From contig CAWEWF010000001.1 in the NCBI GenBank assembly GCA_963812605.1, positions 192,001 to 256,000 on the forward strand: a DNA stretch of 64,000 bases, written 5' to 3'. The position numbers and the translations under genes are program-made. This DNA comes from an uncultured Verrucomicrobiae bacterium. GTDB taxonomy: Bacteria > Verrucomicrobiota > Verrucomicrobiia > Palsa-1439. How positions within the stretch are numbered: the stretch's first letter is position 1; the number at the start of each line of letters is the position of its first letter. Of the stretch, positions 41,468-52,070 are shown piece by piece. Under the pieces are notes generated by a model, which searched no databases, was not told the origin of the DNA, and saw only the letters and a program-made list of their open reading frames with translations.

Positions 41468-42926
41468 CCAACGCCGCCAAACTCCCTGCCTTCGCGAGTT
41501 GCTCTTCCATCTCCACGATTTCCTTGATGTTGTGTAGAAACCAGCGGTCGATCTTGGTGAGCAGATACACGGCATCGACTTTGAAACCGGCGCGGAAGGC
41601 GTGACGGATGTAAAAGATGCGTTCGGCGCAGGGAGTGATGAGTTTGCGCTCGATTTCCTCGCGGGGCGGAATTTCCCGGCCGCCCCAGCGTCCGCCGCTG
41701 AGGCCATGTGCGCCGATTTCCAAGGAACGCAGCGCCTTCTGCAGCGACTCCTTGAACGTCCGCCCGATGGCCATCACTTCGCCAACTGATTTCATCTGCG
41801 TCGTCAGCGTCGGGTCGGCCTGTGGAAATTTCTCGAAGGCGAAGCGCGGGATTTTCACGACGACGTAGTCGATGGTCGGCTCGAAACTGGCGGGTGTGGA
41901 TTTCGTGATGTCGTTGGGGATTTCGTCGAGCGTGTAGCCGACCGCGAGCTTGGCGGCGATCTTCGCGATGGGAAAGCCCGTGGCCTTCGAGGAGAGCGCG
42001 CTGGAGCGGCTCACGCGAGGATTCATCTCGATGACGCAGAGCCGCCCGTTTTCGGGATTCACGGCGAATTGGATGTTCGAGCCGCCCGTCTCGACGCCGA
42101 TCTCGCGAATGCAGGCGAAGCTGGCATCGCGCATGAGTTGCCATTCCTTGTCGGTCAACGTCTGGATGGGCGCGACCGTGATCGAGTCGCCCGTGTGCAC
42201 GCCCATCGGATCGAGGTTTTCGATGGAACAGACGATGACGCAGTTGTCGGCCTTGTCGCGCATCACCTCGGTCTCGTATTCCTTCCAGCCGATGAGCGAT
42301 TCCTCGACGAGGATTTCGGAAACCGGCGAGGCCTCGATGCCGCCCAGGGCCATCGCATCGAACTCTTCGCGGTTGTAGGCGATGCCGCCGCCCGTGCCGC
42401 CGAGCGTGTAGGCCGGGCGAATGATAACGGGGAAACGGCCAATCGTGCGCGCTACTTCGCGCGCCTCTTCCACCGTGTGGGCCACGCCGCTGAGGGGCAG
42501 GTCGAGGCCGATCTTTTGCATCGCCTGTTTGAACTTCAGGCGGTCCTCGCCCTTCTCGATGGCTTCCGCTTTCGCGCCGATCATCTCCACGCCATGCTTC
42601 TGCAGAACCCCGCTGCGCCAGAGCGCCATGGCCGTATTGAGGCCGGTTTGGCCGCCGAGTGTCGGCAACAGCGCGTCGGGCTTCTCGCGTTCAATGATCT
42701 TCTCCACCGCCTCGGGCGTGATCGGCTCGATGTACGTCGCATCCGCAAATTCCGGGTCGGTCATGATCGTGGCCGGGTTCGAATTCACCAGCACGACCTT
42801 GTACCCCTCTTCGCGCAGCGCTTTGCAGGCCTGCGTGCCCGAATAGTCAAACTCGCAACCCTGGCCAATCACAATCGGCCCGCTGCCAATGATCAAAATC
42901 TTTTTTATGTCGGTGCGTTTCGGCAT
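41463..42926 (-). CDS. carB: Carbamoyl-phosphate synthase large chain, N-terminal half (487 aa)
   Basis: [50 protein letters not shown]. Ends after [19 protein letters not shown] with TAG. Confidence 0.95.
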   Translation of the reverse strand: MPKRTDIKKILIIGSGPIVIGQGCEFDYSGTQACKALREEGYKVVLVNSNPATIMTDPEFADATYIEPITPEAVEKIIEREKPDALLPTLGGQTGLNTAMALWRSGVLQKHGVEMIGAKAEAIEKGEDRLKFKQAMQKIGLDLPLSGVAHTVEEAREVARTIGRFPVIIRPAYTLGGTGGGIAYNREEFDAMALGGIEASPVSEILVEESLIGWKEYETEVMRDKADNCVIVCSIENLDPMGVHTGDSITVAPIQTLTDKEWQLMRDASFACIREIGVETGGSNIQFAVNPENGRLCVIEMNPRVSRSSALSSKATGFPIAKIAAKLAVGYTLDEIPNDITKSTPASFEPTIDYVVVKIPRFAFEKFPQADPTLTTQMKSVGEVMAIGRTFKESLQKALRSLEIGAHGLSGGRWGGREIPPREEIERKLITPCAERIFYIRHAFRAGFKVDAVYLLTKIDRWFLHNIKEIVEMEEQLAKAGSLAALV

Positions 42927-43940
42927 TTAGAAAAACTCGTTCTGTTTTACGTCGGGTTTGATCCCCAGTTTCTTGTAGGTCAATTCCGTTGGCACGCGGC
43001 CTTGCGCGGTGCGCTTGAGATAGCCTTCCTGGATCAGGAATGGCTCGTAAACTTCCTCGAGCGTATCCGGTTCTTCACCGACGGCGACGGCGAGCGAGCT
43101 GATGCCGACGGGTTTGCCGCCGAATTTGTGCACCAACGTTTCGAGGATGCGTTTGTCCATCTCGTCGAGGCCGTGTTCGTCGATTTCCAGCATGGCCAGC
43201 GCTTTGTCCGCGATGTCCTTGGTGATTTTGTCGGACTTCGCCTTGACCTGCGCGTAGTCGCGGACGCGTTTCAATAAATTGTTGGCGATGCGCGGCGTGC
43301 CGCGCGAACGGCCGGCAATCTCGGTCGCGCCGCCGGCGTCGATGTCCACATTCAGGATGCGCGAGGAGCGATCGATGATGGAGGTCAGTTCGTCGGCGCT
43401 GTAGTAGTTAAGCCTTTCCGTGATGGGAAACCGCGAGCGCAGCGGCGCGGTCAGCAACCCGCTGCGTGTCGTCGCGCCGATCAATGTGAAACGCGGCAGG
43501 TTCAGGCGGACGCTGTGCGCGTTCGGGCCCTGGTCGATGACAATATCCAAACGGAAATCCTCCATGGCGGGATACAGGTATTCTTCGACGACCTTTTGCA
43601 ACCGATGGATTTCGTCGATGAACAACACGTCGCCTTTGTCGAGCTTCGTCAGCAAGCCGGCGAGGTTCGCGGCCTTTTCGAGCGCGGGGCCGCTGGTGAC
43701 GACGATGTTCACGCCCATGACCTTCGCGAGAATGTGCGCCAGCGTGGTTTTCCCAAGTCCCGGCGGGCCACTCAAGAGAATGTGGTCGAGCGATTCCTTG
43801 CGCTGGCGGGCGGCCTGGACCGCGAGATCCAACCGTTCTTTCACCTTGCCCTGTCCCTGAAAATCGGCGAAGAGACTGGGGCGCAATGACACGTCCAGCG
43901 TCTTGTCGTGGATGGTCTCGGTGACGAAGCGTTCCGGCAT
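42927..43940 (-). CDS. ruvB: Holliday junction branch migration helicase RuvB
   Basis: [45 protein letters not shown]. Confidence 0.97.
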   Translation of the reverse strand: MPERFVTETIHDKTLDVSLRPSLFADFQGQGKVKERLDLAVQAARQRKESLDHILLSGPPGLGKTTLAHILAKVMGVNIVVTSGPALEKAANLAGLLTKLDKGDVLFIDEIHRLQKVVEEYLYPAMEDFRLDIVIDQGPNAHSVRLNLPRFTLIGATTRSGLLTAPLRSRFPITERLNYYSADELTSIIDRSSRILNVDIDAGGATEIAGRSRGTPRIANNLLKRVRDYAQVKAKSDKITKDIADKALAMLEIDEHGLDEMDKRILETLVHKFGGKPVGISSLAVAVGEEPDTLEEVYEPFLIQEGYLKRTAQGRVPTELTYKKLGIKPDVKQNEFF

Positions 43941-43986
43941 GGTTGCAAGATGCTAAAATCAAGACTGTCGAGGCAAGACTAATCAT

Positions 43987-46107
43987 ATGAAGAGGGCCTT
44001 CCTGCTCGCCTGGGTTTCGCTGTCCGCTTTTACCGGCTGTCAATCGACGCCACGTCCGTCTTCCCAGGCCGAGAACCAACCGCCGATCGCAAAAAAGATC
44101 CCGCACGTCACGACGGTCCATGGCGAACGGCTGGTGGACAACTATTACTGGCTTCGCCAGAAAGACAGTCCCGAAGTCCTCGCCTACCTGAAGGCGGAAG
44201 ATGCTTACGCCGATTGGTTCATGAAACCGACCAAGCCGTTGCAGGAGACGCTCTACAACGAAATGCTCGGACGCGTTCAGGAGCCCGACCAGAGTGTGCC
44301 GTATCGCCAGGGCGACTGGTTTTACTACCACCGCACCGAGGAAGGAAAACAATATCCGATTCATTGCCGCAAGAAGGGGACTGTCGACGCGCCCGAGGAA
44401 GTCACGCTCGACTTGAACGAGATGGCCAAGGGCAGGGAGTTCCTGGAAATCAACGTCTATGAAGTGAGCGACGATGGCAACTTGCTGGCATTCAGCACGG
44501 ATGAAACGGGTTTTCGGGATTACACGCTGTATGTCAAGGATCTGCGGTCCGGCGAGATACACAGCGAGAAAATCCCGCATGTCTCGGACGCGGCCTGGGC
44601 GTCGAACAACGAGACGTTGTTCTATGTGACGGAGGATGACGCCAAACGGCCCTACCGAGTTTGGCGGCACAACCTTGGCGAGAAGGAAGACACGCTGATT
44701 TACGAAGAGAAAGACGCCCTGTTCGACGTGGGAGTCAGCCGCTCACGCAGCAAGCGGTTCGTGTATGTTGCCATCGGCAGCAAAACCACGGACGAGGTCC
44801 GTTATCTGCGCGCCGATCATCCGGATGAACCGTTGAAGATCATCGCGCCGCGCCAAAAGGACCACGAATACAACGTCGATGATGGCGGCGATCTTTTCTA
44901 CATCCGCACGAACGACAAGGGACGTAATTTTTGCATTGTGACCGCGCCACTCGCCGATCCGGGCCGCAAAAACTGGAAGGAAGTTGTGCCGCAACGTGGG
45001 GATGTCTCGATTGACGATCTCGGGGTGTTCACCAATCACTTCGTGCTGGCAGAACGCGAAAATGGCCTGCCGCAAATCAGCGTGTACGACATCGCGACAG
45101 GCGCGGCCCACCGCATCCAATTTCCCGAGGCGTCTTACGCGGTGGGCACGGACGAGAACGCCGAGTTCAACACCACCACACTGCGCTTCACGTACGAGTC
45201 ACTGACGACACCGCCTTCCGTTTACGACTACGACATGGTTACGCACGAACGGAAGCTGCTCAAACAACAACCGGTGCGGGGTGGTTATGACCCCGCGCAG
45301 TACCAGACCGAGCGCGTGTTCGCGACCGCCGCGGACGGAACGCCGGTGCCGATCTCGCTGGTCTATCGCAAGGACCTGAGGCGCGCGAGCGGCAATCCGT
45401 TGCTGCTTTACGGTTACGGTTCCTACGGCATCCCCACGGATGTCTGGTTCTCGTCGAATCGCCTGAGCCTGCTCAATCGCGGCGTGATCGTGGCGATTGC
45501 CCACGTGCGCGGCGGCGGGGAATTCGGCAAACGCTGGCACGACGCGGGCCGCATGCTGAACAAGCGCAACACGTTCACCGACTTCATCGCCTGCGCCCGG
45601 TTTCTCGACGCGCGCCATTACACCGACGCGCAACATACGGTCATCGAGGGCGCCAGCGCGGGCGGACTGCTCATCGGCGCCGTGCTGAACATGCAGCCGC
45701 GGTTATTCAAGGCGGCGCTGGCGGAAGTGCCGTTCGTCGATGTCATCAACACGATGCTCGACGAATCGCTGCCGCTGACGGTCGGCGAATTCGAGGAATG
45801 GGGTAACCCGAAGGTCAGGAAGCAGTATGACTACATCAAGACGTACAATCCCTACGACAACATCCGGCGACAGGCGTATCCCACGATCCTCGTGGAGTCA
45901 TCGCTCAACGACAGCCAGGTCATGTATTGGGAACCGTCGAAGTACGTCGCCAAACTTCGCGCGACCAAGACCGATTCCAATCCATTGGTTTTCCAGGTGA
46001 ACCTGGAACCTTCCGGCCACAGCGGCAAGAGCGGCCGTTACGACGCGCTGCATGACGTTGCTTTTGAGTACGCGTTCATGCTGTTGGAGTTTGGGATCAA
46101 GGAGTAG
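43987..46107 (+). CDS. ptrB: Oligopeptidase B (S9A), with signal/lipoprotein peptide
   Basis: DNYYWLR, YGYGSYG, AHVRGGGE, GASAGG, PFVDV, EFEEWGNP, DSQV, GHSG. Confidence 0.93.
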   Translation: MKRAFLLAWVSLSAFTGCQSTPRPSSQAENQPPIAKKIPHVTTVHGERLVDNYYWLRQKDSPEVLAYLKAEDAYADWFMKPTKPLQETLYNEMLGRVQEPDQSVPYRQGDWFYYHRTEEGKQYPIHCRKKGTVDAPEEVTLDLNEMAKGREFLEINVYEVSDDGNLLAFSTDETGFRDYTLYVKDLRSGEIHSEKIPHVSDAAWASNNETLFYVTEDDAKRPYRVWRHNLGEKEDTLIYEEKDALFDVGVSRSRSKRFVYVAIGSKTTDEVRYLRADHPDEPLKIIAPRQKDHEYNVDDGGDLFYIRTNDKGRNFCIVTAPLADPGRKNWKEVVPQRGDVSIDDLGVFTNHFVLAERENGLPQISVYDIATGAAHRIQFPEASYAVGTDENAEFNTTTLRFTYESLTTPPSVYDYDMVTHERKLLKQQPVRGGYDPAQYQTERVFATAADGTPVPISLVYRKDLRRASGNPLLLYGYGSYGIPTDVWFSSNRLSLLNRGVIVAIAHVRGGGEFGKRWHDAGRMLNKRNTFTDFIACARFLDARHYTDAQHTVIEGASAGGLLIGAVLNMQPRLFKAALAEVPFVDVINTMLDESLPLTVGEFEEWGNPKVRKQYDYIKTYNPYDNIRRQAYPTILVESSLNDSQVMYWEPSKYVAKLRATKTDSNPLVFQVNLEPSGHSGKSGRYDALHDVAFEYAFMLLEFGIKE

Positions 46108-46202
46108 TGCTACGTAACGCATTCGGTCAAAGCAACTGTAGAAAGCAGCGAGTTGGCTCACAAATTCGGATCCCCACAATCCAAAATGTCAATAGTCAGT
46201 GA

Positions 46203-46233
46203 CTGCCCCCTTCACGGGTTCACGTGAGGGGCA
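46203..46233. terminator. Hairpin between convergent genes
   Basis: ctgcccccttcacg...cgtgaggggcag. Confidence 0.45.
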
Positions 46234-46326
46234 GAAAGCGTTGGCACGTGGCCGCAAGTTGGGGCGCGGGGGTTAGGCGCGTTTCCCTTGAGTAATACTT
46301 CAATAGGCATTCATCGAACCGCCAGA

Positions 46327-46364
46327 TTGAAAGAAGCCGCAAGCAGTTGGCGCTGCTTGCGGCT
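46327..46364 (-). terminator. Intrinsic terminator of the 46394-47218 gene
   Basis: 12-bp stem agccgcaagcag/ctgcttgcggct followed on the minus strand by tctttc. Confidence 0.6.
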
Positions 46365-46393
46365 CCCCAAGGAAAGACTACAACCAGATTATG

Positions 46394-47218
46394 CTACTTG
46401 CCGCAGCTCGAAGTATGGATCTGGAGATTACCCGTGCTGATAGGCACCGGGCCTCCGGACATGGTGCTGATCAGCATCAGGATTGCCTCACTATTGCAAT
46501 CATAGACCTTGAGACATAGCAGGTCTTTGCCTGCGCCTGGCTCATGGTGGTCTTCGGCATGCCCAATGAAGCAAACCGCCTGCTCCGGCATCGGATTGCC
46601 AGCGACACCAGTCAGAATGCCAGTGCCATGGAAATCAATCGTGTTCACGTCGACCTTCGGTGAACTGGTCGGGGAACCTCCGCACATGTCGACCGTGATA
46701 AGCTGGCCTTGGAAATGCAGGTCCTGAAGATGGTCAACCACATTCCAGTTGCCACCACCCGCGGCGGTTGGGCTGCAACCAGGGTTGACTACGCCACCGA
46801 AGCTGTAGTCCGCCACGCCCTTCGTCTTGCCAATGGTTCCACCACCAGTGAGCCAGCACGGGCCCTGAGGCGGAGGCGGCGTACAGAAGTCGCCTCCCAG
46901 CGTGAAGTCGACTTCTACAAATTCGTTATTATCATCCACGCTGAATTTCTGGCAACCTTTCCCGCCGACCGACGCCCCGACAGGCAGGCTGCTCTTATCC
47001 ACGCAGATGGTGTAGGTATCCGCCGTGGCCGGCAGATCGATAAGATACGCACCATTACCCGTCGTTGTCGTCGAACCAACTCCTTCGACAGTAACGACTA
47101 TCCCTCCTGCGCTATTGCCGAGAGGACAGCTCACCACACCTACGACGTGCCAGGCATTGGCATTGAGGGCCGAGAGCGCTAAGACCAGCAGGCCTGATGG
47201 TACTATTTTGCATTTCAT
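46394..47218 (-). CDS. Secreted Cys-rich protein (Ig-like domain + C-terminal TGGG domain resembling post-COAP-1)
   Basis: Signal peptide ending ANA, carboxypeptidase-regulatory-like domain, poly-Pro linker, CWLTGGGTIG...SFGG...GNLQIH. Confidence 0.7.
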   Translation of the reverse strand: MKCKIVPSGLLVLALSALNANAWHVVGVVSCPLGNSAGGIVVTVEGVGSTTTTGNGAYLIDLPATADTYTICVDKSSLPVGASVGGKGCQKFSVDDNNEFVEVDFTLGGDFCTPPPPQGPCWLTGGGTIGKTKGVADYSFGGVVNPGCSPTAAGGGNWNVVDHLQDLHFQGQLITVDMCGGSPTSSPKVDVNTIDFHGTGILTGVAGNPMPEQAVCFIGHAEDHHEPGAGKDLLCLKVYDCNSEAILMLISTMSGGPVPISTGNLQIHTSSCGK

Positions 47219-47936
47219 AGTTTTCCCTTCGTTCCCTTCGTTAGCCAAGTCCTAAGTCCCGATCCTGCACCAGGACCCTCACGCCAGATGCCCGAACTTA
47301 GCCTTGGATGGTGCGCTTCATATCACACAGCCACTCGATTGTCCAGTGAAATGAATAGGAAATCCTAAGCGAACCTAACATGAACACCAATTCGCTCCTG
47401 CTCCCCACGGCCACCACCCCGTCCAGCATTGTGCGTGTGCGCTGATGCTATAAGGGTACTGTCAAGAGTCTGGCGTTTGGGGCGCATCGGGCGGATATGG
47501 CCCTTTAGGGCCGCGCCGCCCCGCGCCCCCGTAACTTCAATAAAAGAGGGATTAACAGTGAGTAATACTAAAATCGATGTTGGGATGCCAGTCAGTAAAG
47601 GGGTCACCCATTAAAGGTTCCGATTGGAAATGGGGTCACATCTCTTCTTTCTGTAAATGACTTCGATCTTTCTGGTTTGTTCGGCCATCGGTTGAAGGCC
47701 TTAGTATTGACACTTGAGGGGGGTCTTTCGCCGCGACAAGCAGTTGCTGACATATAATAATCCATTTCCCCATCGTAGGTGTGTGGCAATCTATTTCGGG
47801 GTTCATCGATGTTTTTTGGCGCAGCCAGAGAACCTTGCGAAACCTCCAAAAGCTTGCACACCTGCTTAACGTCATTGTTCGAGTTTTGAGAGAGTTTGGG
47901 GCGTGAAGTGCCAATCAAATGAGGGAGCAAAGAAAT

Positions 47937-48027
47937 GAGCGTCTGAGACAGACGCCGCTATACCAGCGGGCAAGGGCATACAAATGGGGACGAACGGCAA
48001 AGCTGCGACAAGTCGCAGCAGTCCAAA
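47937..48027. repeat. REP-like palindromes downstream of ruvA
   Basis: gagcgtctgagacagacgccgctata and caaagctgcgacaagtcgcagcagtccaaa. Confidence 0.65.
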
Positions 48028-48039
48028 AGGCCGGACTGT

Positions 48040-48639
48040 TTACGCGCTCTTGAGCGCGGCTCGCACCAACTCTTCCACGCTGGCTGTTGGGCCCGACTTC
48101 TCCGCGGTGGCGAGTACGATTCGGTGGGCATCGACTTGTTTGTAGCCGAGGGAAACGAGGGCGAGGACGGCGTCGCTGAGCTTCTGTTCCTCGGGGGTGG
48201 CGGCGCGGCCTTTCGTCGCGAAGGCCGCGGCTCCGCCGACTTTGTCTTTCAATTCCACGATCAGGCGCTCAGCGGTTTTTTTGCCGATGCCGCGCAAGGT
48301 CGAAAGCGTTTTCGTGTCGCCGGAAGCAATGGCATTGCGCAAGGCAGAGATCGACGTGCTGCTGAGGATGTTGATGGCAAGTTTGGGGCCGATGCCGCTG
48401 ATGCTGATGAGCAACAGGAACATCTCGCGTTCGTCGGGGGTGACGAAACCGAACAACTGTTGCGTGCCGTCCTGGGCCACGACGTGATGATACGTGAGCA
48501 GTTTGACCTCGTTGCCTTTCGTCGGCAGTTTGTCGTAGCTCGACAGCGGGATGAACACGGCGTAGCCGACCCCGTGGCAATCAACGACAACATGGGTCGG
48601 CGTCGCTTCCGCGAGTTGGCCGTGGAGATGCGCGATCAT
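48040..48639 (-). CDS. ruvA: Holliday junction DNA-binding protein RuvA
   Basis: MIAHLHG, GVGY, LFGF, SGIGPKLA, GIGKKTAERLIVELKDK, ALVSLGY. Confidence 0.96.
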   Translation of the reverse strand: MIAHLHGQLAEATPTHVVVDCHGVGYAVFIPLSSYDKLPTKGNEVKLLTYHHVVAQDGTQQLFGFVTPDEREMFLLLISISGIGPKLAINILSSTSISALRNAIASGDTKTLSTLRGIGKKTAERLIVELKDKVGGAAAFATKGRAATPEEQKLSDAVLALVSLGYKQVDAHRIVLATAEKSGPTASVEELVRAALKSA

Positions 48640-48681
48640 CGCGGGCCAGTGTAACCGCGAATGCACGCGAATCAACGCGAA

Positions 48682-49180
48682 TCAGATTTGCTTCGGCGGC
48701 TTGACCTGGATGCCGCGGCAACTGTGGGCGTGGCAGATGGCGACGGCGAGGGCGTCACCGGCGTCGGCTTGCGGCGCTTCCTTCAGGCCAAGCATGACTT
48801 TCACCATGTTGCCGACCTGTGTCTTGCCGGCGCCGCCGAGGCCGGTGACGGATTGCTTCACTTTGCGCGGGGCGTATTCGTAAATCGGCAGGTCGTGCTT
48901 CGCGGCGGCGGCGATGATGACGCCACGGACCTGGCCGAGAGTGAAGGCGATGCGCGTGTTCTGCACGTAGACCAGGCCCTCGATCGCGACCGCTTCGGGT
49001 TGGTGGTCGGCGATCAATTTCAGCATGGCGTCACCGATGCGCACGAGGCAGCGCGACGGCAACACGGTCGGCGGATTTTTGACGTGACCGTGACAGAGCG
49101 CGGTCAATTGGTTGCCCCTGGACTTCGATCACGCCGAAGCCGGTGCAGCGAAGACTGGGATCGATGCCGAGGATTTTCAT
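48682..49180 (-). CDS. ruvC: Crossover junction endodeoxyribonuclease RuvC (one +1 indel near 49118)
   Basis: MKILGIDPSLRCTGFGVIE in one frame, AVAIE...LGQVRG...KVKQSVTG...DAGDALAVAICH in the next. Extra G in cagggg. Confidence 0.92.
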
Positions 49181-49185
49181 AGAGG

Positions 49186-49304
49186 CAAATTCAAAAACCG
49201 AAATCCGAAACAAATCCGAATCGCAAATGGGCAAACATCAAAGAACAACATTTTTTGATTTTCGAAATTCGTGCTTGTTTCGGTATTCGAGTTTCGGATT
49301 TTTC
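49186..49304. repeat. Heptamer-based inverted repeat (AAATCCG / CGGATTT type)
   Basis: aaaaccgaaatccgaaacaaatccgaat ... ttgtttcggtattcgagtttcggatttt between yebC and ruvC. Confidence 0.7.
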
Positions 49305-49307
49305 GCG

Positions 49308-50069
49308 TTAAGCAGCGGCTGCTTGGACTTTCTCCAGGATCTCGTCGGGGATTTCGCAATTCGAGTAGACGTTCTGCACATCGTCGCTGTCTTCCAGCGC
49401 GTCGATCAACGCGAGAACACTGCGCGCGGTCTTTTCGTCCGTAATCGGCAGCGGTGTCAGCGGAAAAAACGCGACTTCAGCGGACTCGGGTTTGATGCCT
49501 TTCGTCTCCAGCGTTTTGTGTACGGCTTCGAATTGGTGCGGGTCGGTCAGGATTTCGTAGGTGTCGGGATGCACCAGCATGTCCTCGGCGCCCGCGTCGA
49601 GCGCCAGGGCCAGCAGGTCGTCCTCGGAGATCTGTTCTTTCGCGACGAGAATCTGGCCTTTGCGATGAAAGAGGTGCTTTACGGCGCCCATGACCGCCAT
49701 GTTGCCGCCGTGTTTCGTGAAGATCATGCGAATCTCGGCGGCGGTGCGGTTCTTGTTGTCGGTGAGCAGTTCCATCAAGAGCGCGACGCCCCCGGGTCCG
49801 TATCCCTCATAGGTGACTTCCTCGTACGTGACACCGGGGAGTTCGCCGGTGCCCTTCTTGATGGCGCGGTCGATGTTGTCGGCGGGCATGTTCATGGCGC
49901 GCGCTTTCATCAAGATGGTGCGCAGGCGGGGATTGAAGCCTGGGTCGCCGCCGCCGTGTTTGCAGGCCACGGCCATTTCCTTGCCAAGCTTGGCGAAGAT
50001 TTTGCCGCGCTTGGCGTCGATGGTGCCTTTGTAGTGCTTGACCTTCGACCATCTGGAATGCCCTGACAT
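49308..50069 (-). CDS. yebC: YebC/PmpR family protein
   Basis: MSGHSRWSKVKHYKG, YEGYGPGG, TDNKNRT, DDVQNVYSN. Confidence 0.96.
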   Translation of the reverse strand: MSGHSRWSKVKHYKGTIDAKRGKIFAKLGKEMAVACKHGGGDPGFNPRLRTILMKARAMNMPADNIDRAIKKGTGELPGVTYEEVTYEGYGPGGVALLMELLTDNKNRTAAEIRMIFTKHGGNMAVMGAVKHLFHRKGQILVAKEQISEDDLLALALDAGAEDMLVHPDTYEILTDPHQFEAVHKTLETKGIKPESAEVAFFPLTPLPITDEKTARSVLALIDALEDSDDVQNVYSNCEIPDEILEKVQAAAA

Positions 50070-50136
50070 AGCGGGGAAATCTTAGCTTGCTGGCGGTCGG
50101 CTTTCCATATAATTTATCCGCGTCCCAATCACTCGT

Positions 50137-50221
50137 GCGCGGGTGGTGGAATTGGCAGACACGTACGCTTGAGGGGCGTATGGCGAAAGCCGTGCAGGTT
50201 CAAGTCCTGTCCCGCGCACCA
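50137..50221 (+). tRNA. tRNA-Leu(GAG)
   Basis: Acceptor GCGCGGG/CCCGCGC-A-CCA, D-loop GGAATTGGCAGAC, anticodon stem TACGC-TT GAG GG-GCGTA, long variable arm ggcgaaagcc, T-loop GGTTCAAGTCC. Confidence 0.97.
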
Positions 50222-50363
50222 ATCCCCGAGTTGATTTTGAGAGCGAGACGGTCTTGTCAGAAGACAACAGGTGCGGCAGTTGGAGCAACGCGGCACCGCA
50301 CAGAAAAATAACCAAAATCAAAAGCTCGATGGCTGACCTGCTTGGTTCGGGTCACATTTAGAA

Positions 50364-50999
50364 ATGATTCCAAAACCGGCCAACATCTATCGTATTACTC
50401 ACTTTAACAACCTACCCGGGGTTTTGTCAGGGAGCGGCATCTGGCCCGAGAATGTGAGGATGGCTCGCAACATGCCGTACACCAGTATCGCTCACGCCAA
50501 TATCCAAAGCCGGCGCAGCGCCAAGCCGGTACCATGCGGTTCGGGTGGGACTGTAAATGATTACGTGCCATGGTATTTTGCGACGAAAGCGCCGATGCTT
50601 TATGCTTTACACAAGGGCAACGTCCAAACTTACGCAGGAGGCCAAGTGCCGATTATTTATTTTCGGAGCACGGTGGAAACGGTCGGTCAAGCGGGTTTGC
50701 GTTTCGTGTTCACGGATGGCCATGCAATCATGTTCAACTCAAACTTTTACGATGATCTGGGGTGCCTAGATCAAATTGATTGGCCACTAATGAAGGCGAA
50801 GTACTGGCATGCTATTGCCAGCGACCCCGATCGCCCGAGGCGTCGTCAGGCCGAGTTTCTGGTGCATGGATTTTTTCCGTGGGACTTGGTGGAAGAGATT
50901 GGGGTGATGACCCAAGGGCTTCAAAAAAAGGTTGAGGCCCTGCTTCAGACAGCACAGCACAAACCGATTGTTAACATTCAAACTGATTGGTACTATTGA
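50364..50999 (+). CDS. darT: DarT ssDNA ADP-ribosyltransferase toxin (DUF4433)
   Basis: IYRITHFNNL, DYVPWYF, PMLY, FVFTDGHA, IDW, RRRQAEFLVH (catalytic Glu), WYY end. Confidence 0.92.
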   Translation: MIPKPANIYRITHFNNLPGVLSGSGIWPENVRMARNMPYTSIAHANIQSRRSAKPVPCGSGGTVNDYVPWYFATKAPMLYALHKGNVQTYAGGQVPIIYFRSTVETVGQAGLRFVFTDGHAIMFNSNFYDDLGCLDQIDWPLMKAKYWHAIASDPDRPRRRQAEFLVHGFFPWDLVEEIGVMTQGLQKKVEALLQTAQHKPIVNIQTDWYY

Positions 51000-51008
51000 G
51001 TTCACTCT

Positions 51009-52070
51009 ATGATTCAAGAGACTTCCGGTAATTTGTTAAGCGCAGACGCGGAGGCCCTCGTCAACACGGTGAATTGCGTCGGGGTCATGGGCAAAGGGAT
51101 TGCACTTCAATTCCGCCAAGCGTACCCCGAGATGTTTCGTGAATATGCCAAATCTTGCAAGGCCGGGAAAGTGCGACCGGGCAAGATGTGGATTTACGAA
51201 ACTGGTTCCCTACATAATCCAAAGTTCATTATCAATTTCCCGACTAAGCGCCACTGGAAAGGCAAAGCGCGCATTGAGGATATTGAGGCGGGACTGCAGG
51301 CGCTAGTCGCTGATCTGAAGCGGCTGAAAATCAAGTCTGTTGCAGTGCCACCATTGGGCTGTGGAAATGGTGGCTTGGATTGGAATGATGTCCGACCACG
51401 TATTACCGAGGCTTTGGGTCGGATTCCGGAAATTCAAATTCGCCTATTCAAGCCATCAGGTGCACCGCCCGTGGATACAATTCGGGTGGAGACGGAGAGG
51501 CCTGCAATGACACGCGGACGAGCTTTGGTAATCAAGCTCCTGCAAAATTACTACATCCCCGGATACCGGGCCTCGATGATCGAAATTCAGAAGCTAACCT
51601 ATTTTCTCCAAGAAACTGGCGAGCAACTCCGCTTACATTTTGTGCGAGACAAGTACGGCCCTTACGCGGAAGGGCTGCAGCATGTTCTTCAGAAAGTCGA
51701 GGGTCATTACACGCGAGGTTACGGCGATCGAACATCGAATGCCACGTCGCAGATTGCGTTGCTCCCCGGTTCCGTCGATGCAGCAGATACGTTTCTTAAG
51801 GGTGATGCTTCAGCGTGGGAGAACTTGGCAAGAGTCCGCAAACTTATTGATGGATTCGAGAACCCTTACGGCATGGAACTACTCGCTACGGTTCACTGGA
51901 TTGTGAAAGAATGTCCTGAAGCCGCCGATAATGTTGAGATCGCCGTCGGAAAGATACGAAGCTGGAGCGCTCGTAAGAGGGAGTTATTTAGTGCGGAAGA
52001 TGTCAGGACTGCGTGGCGAAAGTTGAAAGAAGAACGCTGGCTGCAGGACATCACTTTGCTCCGGTCTTGA
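51009..52070 (+). CDS. darG: DarG macrodomain antitoxin
   Basis: ALVNTVNCVGVMGKGIALQF, IINFPTKRHW, PPLGCGNGGLDW, and C-terminal EIQKLTYFLQ, YGPYA, GFENPYGMELLATVHW. Confidence 0.93.
   Translation: MIQETSGNLLSADAEALVNTVNCVGVMGKGIALQFRQAYPEMFREYAKSCKAGKVRPGKMWIYETGSLHNPKFIINFPTKRHWKGKARIEDIEAGLQALVADLKRLKIKSVAVPPLGCGNGGLDWNDVRPRITEALGRIPEIQIRLFKPSGAPPVDTIRVETERPAMTRGRALVIKLLQNYYIPGYRASMIEIQKLTYFLQETGEQLRLHFVRDKYGPYAEGLQHVLQKVEGHYTRGYGDRTSNATSQIALLPGSVDAADTFLKGDASAWENLARVRKLIDGFENPYGMELLATVHWIVKECPEAADNVEIAVGKIRSWSARKRELFSAEDVRTAWRKLKEERWLQDITLLRS

Noticed and set aside
47250-47935. Short ORFs in the region downstream of ruvA
   Set aside because: No recognisable motifs, RBS or consistent strand. 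Left uncalled.
50082-50321. Short ORFs over the tRNA
   Set aside because: They overlap tRNA-Leu and are artefactual translations.
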